Of a stretch of DNA of 64,000 nucleotides, positions 1-7,221 are shown in pieces. The DNA comes from Acetobacteraceae bacterium. GTDB taxonomy: Bacteria; Pseudomonadota; Alphaproteobacteria; Acetobacterales; Acetobacteraceae. The notes under the pieces are model-generated. The model worked only from the letters and a program-made list of their open reading frames with translations, did no database searches and was not told where the DNA came from. The translations under genes and the position numbers were made by a program. Position 1 is the stretch's first letter. Each line of letters starts with the position of its first letter. The stretch spans positions 1,037 to 65,036 of the forward strand of contig DASRQX010000428.1 of the NCBI GenBank assembly GCA_035696165.1, in the 5' to 3' direction.

Positions 1-330
1 GAGGCTGCGGTGCGTCAGATCGCGAACAACTCGCTCGCCCTCGACGTCTACTGCTGGCTCGCCTACCGGCTCCACAGCCTCGATGCTCCCGTTTCTGTGT
101 CTTGGAAGGCGCTCCATGGCCAATTTGGCCGATCTGTAGCCCGATTGGACCACTTTAAGGACCATTTTCGGACGGTTTTGACTCTTGCGACCAGCGTTTA
201 CCCAGATGCGATGGTTGAAGAAACCCAAACAGGAACGGGATTGATCCTGAAACCCTCGAAACCGCCTGTTGCAGCACGGGGACAGGGTCCGCCACGAGCG
301 CGGTTGACCCTTGCGAGCGGCTCCCGATAA
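1..330 (+). CDS. Replication initiator (plasmid RepA-like), C-terminal fragment; 5' end lies outside the window
   Basis: The frame is open from nt 1 to TAA at 328-330. The block NNSLALDVYCWLAYRLHSL..VSWKALHGQFG resembles the conserved C-terminal region of alphaproteobacterial plasmid RepA/initiator proteins (recalled, not searched). Confidence 0.55.
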   Translation, partial: EAAVRQIANNSLALDVYCWLAYRLHSLDAPVSVSWKALHGQFGRSVARLDHFKDHFRTVLTLATSVYPDAMVEETQTGTGLILKPSKPPVAARGQGPPRARLTLASGSR

Positions 331-632
331 AGATCAGTCCCCGCCAAAGATCAGGTTTTCCGCAGCCTCGGGCGGTTCCCTTTCCCGACAAAGATCAGCC
401 CTCCCTGGGAGGCCATCACAAAGGGAGTCAGGCCGGCTGCGCCACGTTCTGTAGGTCGAAATCGAGGGGTAGGTCTCAGATGGCCAAAACGCGCAGCGTC
501 GCGATCACTGGGCCATCAACGAGCAATGGGCTCCATGAGAAGCGTAACGTTGTCATACGACATCCCTCCGACGCTGAAGACGCGCAATTGCATGGCTTCG
601 CGCTTTGGTTACGCGAGTCAACAGCACCCGCT

Positions 633-953
633 TCACGCCGACCGGTGTGCCTCGATCCCAACCTTGGCGAGCATCGCCAGTGCGTCGAAGGACGCGCGCA
701 CCCAGCGATAGACGATGCCGATCCGCGCCGGTGCTGTCGCGCGACGTCGAAGACCGAGCCCCATGTAGGCATGTGCCGTCGGCTGATCGGTGAACACACG
801 CCGCAGTCGCCGACCGCGTGATCCGATCCGGCCAAACTCGACATCGACGATCCACATGCCGAGCAGATCCTGACCGAGTTCGACGCTCCACCCGCGCATG
901 CGATTGGTGGCCGGATTGCGTGCCTCCAGTTGGATCGTAGTTTCAGCGAGCAT
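633..953 (-). CDS. WGR-domain protein (small, stand-alone)
   Basis: 106 aa. ARNPATNRMRGWSVELGQDLLGMWIVDVEFGRIGSRGRR fits the WGR pattern (N..RFY...dLFG.w.l...WGRIG..G). It lies inside a longer antisense shadow ORF. Confidence 0.6.
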   Translation of the reverse strand: MLAETTIQLEARNPATNRMRGWSVELGQDLLGMWIVDVEFGRIGSRGRRLRRVFTDQPTAHAYMGLGLRRRATAPARIGIVYRWVRASFDALAMLAKVGIEAHRSA

Positions 954-1082
954 GTCGGCATCCTGGTGCGGGATCGTTTCGAGAAATCCAGTGAATCACC
1001 CAACCTTAAAATTGTACAGAGGATTTTCGCGCTTCTGAAGCGGATTTTTGTACCTGCCTGGCAGTGGAATGAGGTGAGATTC

Positions 1083-1403
1083 CTATGGCGTCCGCTCGTA
1101 ACATTCGAGGTGACCCAAGGCCACCACACATTCATCGATGCCCGAGCCGGCGAGTAGAAAACCGCCAACTCCGGCCAACGCGATCGCGCTGGCGCTCCCG
1201 AGCGCCCACGCAATCCCCACCGCGATACGACTCGCCCGTTCAGCCTTCACTGTCTCGCGGCGAAGTTCGGTGAGCATCGCACCAGTGGCTTCGCGCGCGA
1301 CCTCGCGGAATTGCTCGATAAGCAAGACGGCCCCCTGATTGATAAGGGCATTGCCGACCTTGCTAACGCACCAAGGCGCCCCGACCGGTGGAATGAAAGA
1401 CAT
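1083..1403 (-). CDS. Hypothetical protein with a C-terminal hydrophobic helix
   Basis: 106-aa ORF with an ATG start, a helical charged N-terminal half and a TM-like IAVGIAWALGSASAIALAGVGGFLLAG. No family recognised. Confidence 0.3.
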   Translation of the reverse strand: MSFIPPVGAPWCVSKVGNALINQGAVLLIEQFREVAREATGAMLTELRRETVKAERASRIAVGIAWALGSASAIALAGVGGFLLAGSGIDECVVALGHLECYERTP

Positions 1404-1843
1404 AAGTGCCCCATCTGGGTTATGGCACCGTTGCCGGAATTCTCCGCCGCGACGAGCACCTGGTTCCTTCCGTTGTCGAGGGACCCGCTACCGCCGCCGG
1501 CACCGTTGTTGCTGCCGCCGCAGCCGCCGCTGTAGCCGCCGTTTTCGCCAGCGCCGCCGCCGACGATCTGAAGGACTTTGCCCGCCGTCAGGTTGAAGTA
1601 ACCGCCGATTTCCGCGCCCTTTCCGCCGGCTAGCTCTCCCTCGGCGCTGGAGCTGCCCTGAGCACTATAGGCCGTGATGTCATAGGTGCCTGCGGCTTCC
1701 GCCGTGAAAGTCTGGATGATGGCGCCGTCACAATCGAAAGTGCTGCCGGACGTCGAACGGCTCTCTGTCTGAGCGGTGCGAACTGCAAACGACTTACTGT
1801 CGTTTGCAAGAGCCTCGGGATCGCTCCTGTCGCGGTACGCGTG
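1404..1843 (-). pseudogene. Glycine-rich-domain secreted-protein fragment (no start codon, no signal peptide)
   Basis: The minus frame is open from 1843 (just after a TGA). It reads ..GTYDITAYSAQGSSSAEGELAGGKGAEIGGYFNLTAGKVLQIVGGGAGENGGYSGGCGGSNNGAGGGSGS.., which resembles bacterial Gly_rich (PF12810-like) proteins. There is no ATG/GTG/TTG until 1459. Confidence 0.4.
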
Positions 1844-1986
1844 TCATCTTCCTGGGAGTTTTACGCTTAATGCTTACAAATCTCCTCATTTTCTGACTCA
1901 TGTGCGGCGCGGATCAGCGACGTTCTCACAACATATCGAGCATGAGGGCCGGTGATGGTGTCGTGGATAAGGCCGAGCGGTGGCTT

Positions 1987-2173
1987 GGGGGGGTCTGACG
2001 GACATTCGTTGGTTGATTGACGACCTGAATGAGCATGACCTTCACGCCAAACGGGCCGATGCGACGTTCCATGTGGCACTCGTTTCGGGAGAGGTGCAAA
2101 AGGTCCTCGCCGAGGATGTCGAGACCGCGCTTGGTCAGTCGCGCGGCGTCATGAATGCCACAGTGGGTTTCGA
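1987..2173 (-). mobile_element. Tn3-family transposon end remnant: terminal inverted repeat plus a short tnpA 3' fragment, cut by IS6
   Basis: A G-run followed by GGGGTCTGACG at 1990-2000 is the canonical start of Tn3-family 38-bp IRs. The minus-strand frame reading toward it (..RGLDILGEDLLHLSRNECHMERRIGPFG..) loosely resembles a TnpA C-terminus. Homology stops at the IS6 IR at 2174. Confidence 0.45.
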
Positions 2174-2191
2174 GGTTCTGTCGCGATAAGC
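2174..2191. repeat. IS6-family terminal inverted repeat (outer end of left IS6 half)
   Basis: GGTTCTGTCGCGATAAGC fits the IS6-family IR consensus GGTTCTGTTGCAAAGTT-like. Its exact reverse complement is at 4369-4386 and a third copy is at 56895-56912. Confidence 0.75.
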
Positions 2192-2228
2192 TGATCATGT
2201 CGGACAAAGCCGTTCGATTGGCCGTGGC

Positions 2229-2605
2229 TTAGAACGCCAGGGAATAGAACTGGGTTGCTGCGGACGTGGCTTGCCCTTCGGTGCTGTCCAGCTGGCCCTT
2301 GCGGATCATGTGCATCGTCTCAATGCCCGCCAACAGGGTTTTCGCGCAACGCATGGACTTGACCCCAGCATCGGCCGCACGACACGCCTGATGGCGCGGT
2401 GGTCCTGTTCGACGACGATGTTGAGGTATTTGCATTGCCGCATCTCGATGTCGGCCTCGTGCTCGGCGTTGTAGCTGTCGATGGCCGCAGTGTTGGCGCC
2501 GCTCTTGTCGATCGTGATCTTCTCGGGTTCGCCGTGCCGATCGATCGCGCATCTAAGAAAGCGGCTCGCCGCCGCCAGGTCTCGGTGAGCCGTAGCGAGG
2601 CGCCG
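2229..2605 (-). pseudogene. IS6-family (IS26-like) DDE transposase, C-terminal half only, frameshifted near 2365
   Basis: Two overlapping frames read ..AASRFLRCAIDRHGEPEKITIDKSGANTAAIDSYNAEHEADIEMRQCKYLNIVVEQDHRAIRRVVRPMLG and then KSMRCAKTLLAGIETMHMIRKGQL. These are typical IS6 transposase motifs. The N-terminal half is missing. Confidence 0.8.
2511..2590. repeat. 80-bp direct repeat, copy 1 (internal IS6 tnp sequence)
   Basis: My manual alignment gives 75/80 identity to 3914-3993 (atcgtgatcttctcgggtt..ctcggtgagc). Confidence 0.7.
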
Positions 2606-2915
2606 ATCTCCTGCTCTAGGTCCGCTGTGCCATCTACAACGGAATACTTGGATCACGGTTCGGCCACTGACTTGAGGCGCTCGTCAAGCCAGACAGGGTC
2701 TTTGCCATAGTCGCATGATTCCCCCAAGGACTCGATGGTCCCGATTCTATCGGTCGTTGCTCTGCAGCTGCAGAGCGGAGTAAATTGGGAGAATGCTTGC
2801 TAAAAATCGTGACACGAGGTAATAGAAGTGTGGTGCGCAATATTTGGCGGCACAAGTGACATACGACGGCGATGACCATGATGTCGCGCCTCCTTGAGAT
2901 TAGTCGGAGAATGCG

Positions 2916-3854
2916 ATGAAGATTGTAGGGAAATGCGTGCTGCTGGGGACATTGGCAGGGTTGGTGTGTAGCGGCGCTCCATGGCTCGCCCGACCGGTGT
3001 ACGCGGGCCCGTTGCCCACCGCGGCCCAGATCCTCAGCACGTTCAACCTCGTCACCGCCGGCAACGTCACCACCAATTCAGACGTTGAGGGCTCAGCGAT
3101 CATCGGGGGCAATCTCACCGGCGCCACCTTCTTCAACAACAATGCGCCAAATAGTCCCGCTATCTACCTGTATGGCTCAGAGAGCGGCAACCTTGACCTA
3201 GACAATGGCGGCAGCCTCTACATGAACGGGACGCCCGGCGGCTCGGTGAACTACAATGGCGGCGGCCATCTTGTCAGCTCGGGACCGCCGCTTCCGCTCG
3301 CGGACTACTCCGCCCCGCTCATCCAGCTTGCGGCCCAGCTTGCCGCGCTGTCACAAACCGCTGGTAACTCCATCATCGGGGGCACGTTCAATGCCGTCGT
3401 TGGCAACAATGGTGTGTCGGTCTTCGATATCAGCGCCTCGGCGCTTCAGAACAGCCTCACCAATAGTAGCATCAACTTCAACATCGGGCCCGGAGTTACG
3501 GGAGTCGTCGTCAACGTCACCGGCGGCAGCTTTGCGGAGCCGAACAGCACGAACTGGAATACTCTGGATCAGAACGTACTGTTCGACTTTGACACTGCAA
3601 CCTCAGTGACGGTTGGCAATTGGCAGGCTTCGGTCCTCGCGCCTAACGCGAGCCTCAGCATCCAAAATGGCAACATCAACGGGTCTGTATACGCGACCAA
3701 ATTTTCCGGTGCCGGGGAAGTGCATGACACCCTCTACGACGGTACCTTGCCGTTCGTGGTGCCTGAGCCGGCATCGCTGGGGCTGCTCAGCGTTGGCTTG
3801 GGCGCACTGGTGGTCTTGCGCCGCAGAAAGCGGCGCGTGATGTCCGGGGATTGA
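2916..3854 (+). CDS. Choice-of-anchor-A family secreted protein with PEP-CTERM sorting signal
   Basis: 312 aa with GGAGAA 4 nt upstream of the ATG and a signal peptide (MKIVGKCVLLGTLAGLVCSGAPW). FNLVTAGNVTTNSDVEGSAIIGGNL and GNINGSVYA are typical of the choice-of-anchor A domain. The C-terminus VPEPASLGLLSVGLGALVVLRRRKRR is PEP + TM + basic tail. Confidence 0.8.
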   Translation: MKIVGKCVLLGTLAGLVCSGAPWLARPVYAGPLPTAAQILSTFNLVTAGNVTTNSDVEGSAIIGGNLTGATFFNNNAPNSPAIYLYGSESGNLDLDNGGSLYMNGTPGGSVNYNGGGHLVSSGPPLPLADYSAPLIQLAAQLAALSQTAGNSIIGGTFNAVVGNNGVSVFDISASALQNSLTNSSINFNIGPGVTGVVVNVTGGSFAEPNSTNWNTLDQNVLFDFDTATSVTVGNWQASVLAPNASLSIQNGNINGSVYATKFSGAGEVHDTLYDGTLPFVVPEPASLGLLSVGLGALVVLRRRKRRVMSGD

Positions 3855-3904
3855 TGGCCGACCGGCTCACCCATCACAAAACGAGGGTAGGGTTGGGCGT
3901 TGTG

Positions 3905-4323
3905 AGCTAAGAGATCGTGATCTTCTCGGGTTTGCCGTGCCGATCGATCGCGCATTCAAGAAAGCGGCTCGCCACCGCCAGATCTCGGTGAGCTATAAGC
4001 TAGAAGTCCACCGTGTCGCCATCGCGGTCGACGGCACAGTGCAGATACTTCCATTGGCCGCGGACCTTGATGTAGGTCTCGTCCATGCGCCAACTCTTGC
4101 CCACCCGGCGCGTGCCGCCATGGAACACCTTGACCAACGTTGGCACGATCTTCAGCGCCCAGCGATGAATGGTAGCATGATCGACGAACACGCCACGCTC
4201 GGCCATCATCTCCTCGATGTGGCGTAGGCTCAGTGCACACGCCACGTACCACCGTACGCACGTGACCATCGCTTCCAGCGGGTAATGCAGCCGCTTGATC
4301 ACCGCGCGTAGGGCCTCGATCAT
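3905..4323 (-). pseudogene. IS6-family transposase, N-terminal half only (in-frame TAG at 4000-4002, 3' part missing)
   Basis: MIEALRAVIKRLHYPLEAMVTCVRWYVACALSLRHIEEMMAERGVFVDHATIHRWALK..YIKVRGQWKYLHCAVDRDGDTVDF, then TAG, then LIAHRDLAVASRFLECAIDRHGKPEKITI. Homology ends near 3913. Confidence 0.8.
3914..3993. repeat. 80-bp direct repeat, copy 2 (internal IS6 tnp sequence)
   Basis: See 2511-2590. The five mismatches show the two copies are not a fresh duplication. Confidence 0.7.
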
Positions 4324-4368
4324 CGTCCTCCTCGTGTACTCTGTCTTAACCTCAGCTTACCGACCTCG

Positions 4369-4386
4369 GCTTATCGCGACAGAACC
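4369..4386. repeat. IS6-family terminal inverted repeat (outer end of right IS6 half)
   Basis: GCTTATCGCGACAGAACC is the exact reverse complement of 2174-2191. It lies 46 bp upstream of the tnp ATG at 4323. Confidence 0.75.
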
Positions 4387-5215
4387 TCTGGGAGTTGCAG
4401 CAGGCCGTCCTTGGAGATCTCCCGCCCAGTGCCGGCGCTGATGGTGCGCGGTGACGTTTTCGGTATGGCGACGATCCGGTTCGCCAGCGCATCGGAGGCA
4501 TAGAGCGTGCCGTCCGATCCCAGCGCCAGGCCGGTCGGGCCGATCAGGAACACGCCATGGTCCGCCCGCTGGCCGAACCCGTCCGCGACGAAGGTTCGGC
4601 TTTTGATCACCGGCGGCGTGCCGTCCGCGATTGCTAGCTCGAGTGCAGCATGGTCGCCTTGGCCACCACCACCAGATAGCCGGTGGCCGGATCGCGCACC
4701 CGCGGCCAGGCACATTGAAGCCGGCCATGCTGACGAACAGCTTGGCGGTGGCGCCATTGTCGATCACCACCATATTGCCCCACGGACCATTGATGTCGGG
4801 ACCCGTTCAGGCAGCGACAAGCTGGCCGTTGGCATCGAGCATCAGCAGACAGCCAGCGCCCTTGGTTCCGTCATTGCTGGGCGTGCCGCCGCCGATCACC
4901 CAGCCGCTCTTGAGCATGGTCATCGCCGCGGTCAGGCTGACGCCGCCAGGACACTGTGGCAGGTGCCGCGGCAGCGCGGCGAACAGCATTGTCCGTCGGG
5001 TGGCCGGATTGTAGTCGACGATCGTGGTGCCCAGCCCCTGCAGGTTGGACAGATCGTTGAAATTTTCGATCAGCACGTCAATCCTGCTGAACCTTCCCGG
5101 CGGAGACCGGCGCCATCACGATGGCGTAGGGATTCTGATCGCCGTTGTCCGGCACTGTCGTCGTCAAGGTCAGGTGCTTGTGGACGGTCTCCAGGAACCC
5201 TTGCTCGCGGCGACT
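4371..5215 (-). pseudogene. Beta-propeller (NHL-like repeat) protein gene, 3'-truncated by IS6 and carrying an internal stop and frameshifts
   Basis: Pieces in three frames: TTVPDNGDQNPYAIVMAPVSAGKVQQD / VLIENFNDLSNLQGLGTTIVDYNP..LMLDANGQLVAA-TGA(4804-4806)-..NMVVIDNGATAKLFVSMAGFNV / ..FLIGPTGLALGSDGTLYASDALANRIVAIP. The final codons EVLSR-stop lie inside the IS6 IR. Confidence 0.5.
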
Positions 5216-5220
5216 TCCCG

Positions 5221-5421
5221 TCAGGGGCACCCAGGGCCATCTAGCAGTTCATCCACAACAGCCTGCGCCGCCTTTATGACGTCGTCCCTGGATGGCAGGC
5301 GCGGCATGATGATCGCTGCGTCGTTGTTCGGCCGCCAAATAAGCACGAGCCATCCCTCGCCAGGCTTGGAGGGCATGTGCGCGGCAAGCTCGTGGCCTCT
5401 GTACGTGACGCTCCCTGACAC
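5221..5421 (-). CDS. Hypothetical small protein (66 aa)
   Basis: ATG ORF MSGSVTYRGHELAAHMPSKPGEGWLVLIWRPNNDAAIIMPRLPSRDDVIKAAQAVVDELL with a protein-like composition. No family recognised. Confidence 0.3.
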   Translation of the reverse strand: MSGSVTYRGHELAAHMPSKPGEGWLVLIWRPNNDAAIIMPRLPSRDDVIKAAQAVVDELLDGPGCP

Positions 5422-5765
5422 CGCCGACCGCCTCCTTGGTGGTTGTAACGGGATATTAACGCTTTGCTCACGGAGTGCGCCAGGGGTATGTTACGGCGGC
5501 GCGTTCTTTGAATTGGGTCGGCCTGGCCCTAATCCCAATGTCTCCGGCGAGAGGTGCGCCGTCAGCGCCCGTTGCCAGACACGATCTCTCTGCGCCGCCG
5601 CCGAAGCGTCGGCGTGGGGGCGGCGAGGGATGCACGAAATATATCCATCTGTTTGTGCCAACGAAATCGGGCGCCCTTGGTATCGGGGGAACCATCGCGC
5701 AAACCCGAACGCCCGAGACGCGGCAACATGCGCTAGCCTTCATATTCGCTGGGTAGTCAGCGGAT

Positions 5766-6390
5766 ATGAGCGATTTCTCAGCATTTCCTCCTTTCAGGCA
5801 AGGCCCGCACGCTCTCCCTGAGCGCCGCGATGCGCATGACTGACCGGGAAGCCGAGGCGGCGTTCGCTGGCATCCGTTGGACCGCAACAGACGGCAAGCC
5901 GGTTTGCCCGCGCTGCGATTGCCCAACCGCGCGGGAGTGCCGCGAGGCGAACGGCGCCCAGCTCTGGCGCGGCAAGGCGTGCGGCAAGTGCTTCTCGGTC
6001 ACGTCCGGGACTTTGTTAGTGTTCCACAAGCTGCCGATCCGGGCGTACCTCGGGCCGATTGCGATTTTCTGCGACGAAGTGAAGGGCGAGCCCGCCCTGG
6101 TGCGGTCGCGGGACTTGGGGACGCAATACAATACGGCGTTCATCCTCGCGCATAAGCTGCGCGAAGCAATGGCCAGCGAATTGAAGGGAACGACGGTCGG
6201 CGAACCCGAAAAAGTGGTGGAAACGGACGGAGGCTACTTCCGTGGATATGTCAAACACGCCAACCACAATGAGAACCGCCGAGATCACCGACTCGCCAAG
6301 AACCAGAACGGCAAGCGGCAAGTTATCCTGATGGTCCGGGAGCGTGAGGGTTGAACTATTCCGGCGGTGTTCAAGAGTGAAGGCCCGTGC
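5766..6390 (+). pseudogene. IS1595-family transposase pseudogene (N-terminal frameshift, in-frame TGA at 6352-6354, C-terminal half missing)
   Basis: SQHFLLSGKARTLSLSAAMRMTDREAEAAFAGIRWTATDGKPVCPRCDC..KACGKCFSVTSGT..VETDGGYFRGYVKHANHNENRRDHRLAKNQNGKRQVILMVREREG-TGA-TIPAVFKSEG. The ATG AGC at 5766 is out of frame by what looks like a 7-nt insertion (gatttct, 5772-5778). Confidence 0.7.
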
Positions 6391-6602
6391 TCCCCCATTC
6401 ACCCCCGACCGCAACCTTAACGTCTCGATGACTCCCAAATAACGGCGTGTTGACTGCGTTTCTGGTTTCGTGTCACGTTGCGCTTGTTCGGGTTCCGATC
6501 TCCCCAGATCGGACAAAGCGGGTGAACGCTGCTGGCTGCCCTGCCTCGGCGGCCACCTGCCTCCCGGGCTAACGCCTAAGGATGGCTGGAGTGTGTTTAC
6601 TA

Positions 6603-6652
6603 GGGACGGGCGCGCGTTAATCTATGAATCTCGCGCGCCCGTTCCCATTTTT
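6603..6652 (+). terminator. Rho-independent-terminator-like hairpin
   Basis: A 14-bp GC-rich stem (GGGACGGGCGCGCG / CGCGCGCCCGT(T)CCC with one bulge) and a 15-nt AT-rich loop, followed by ATTTTT. It abuts the stop of the minus-strand ORF 6652-6864, but the T-run is on the plus strand. Confidence 0.35.
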
Positions 6653-6864
6653 CATACCAACTCCCGCCGTGTCGCTCTCCCGGTCCCCGCCGTCCGCGCC
6701 ACGCCCCGGGCCTGAAGCTTCGCAAATGCGTTCCGCAATCGGACGTGTACTTGCTTCGTGGTCCGCCGGTCCGGGAACCTGACACCCTTGGAGTTCAACG
6801 CCGCGAGCGCCATCTCCTTGATCGCCAGCGGGCGACCAGCCTCGCGGAGCATGTCGATTGCCAT
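6652..6864 (-). CDS. Hypothetical 70-aa protein, possibly a winged-helix remnant of a longer frameshifted gene
   Basis: MAIDMLREAGRPLAIKEMALAALNSKGVRFPDRRTTKQVHVRLRNAFAKLQARGV. An upstream start-less open frame (about 6890-7100, ..[42 protein letters not shown]..) suggests a decayed larger gene. Confidence 0.3.
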   Translation of the reverse strand: MAIDMLREAGRPLAIKEMALAALNSKGVRFPDRRTTKQVHVRLRNAFAKLQARGVARTAGTGRATRRELV

Positions 6865-7221
6865 CCGCCGAGGCTCGCCGCGCGCGTAGCAGGCTTGCTC
6901 GGCAGCTGTCGCGCGACGGCTGGAACTTGCAGATCTTCAAACGCAAACAGCGAAAGTTCAAGGTTGCGGGTCTCACCTAGATTGTTAAGCGCAGCTTCGC
7001 ATGGCTCGGCTTCAACCGCCGCCTCTCGAAGGATTGCGAGTGCTTTGTCCAGACACCAGAAACACTGCTGGACATCGCTGCAATTCGCTTGATGCTGAAT
7101 CGCGTCGCTTCAAGATAAACTTCTGACACGGTCTCTAAACCCGGCGAAAGCACCCAAGTTTGAGGCCGCGCATCAGTCCTTTTCGCGGATGCCAGATTCA
7201 GCGCCCCAATCGACGTCAGCC

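Noticed and set aside
476-1213. 245-aa minus-strand ORF spanning the WGR gene region.
   Set aside because: The composition is not protein-like. The 106-aa WGR frame nested in the same interval has a recognisable domain pattern.
5830-6354. The 174-aa ORF taken as an intact small transposase.
   Set aside because: Homology continues upstream in the same frame without a start codon and continues past the TGA, so it is a pseudogene rather than a complete gene.
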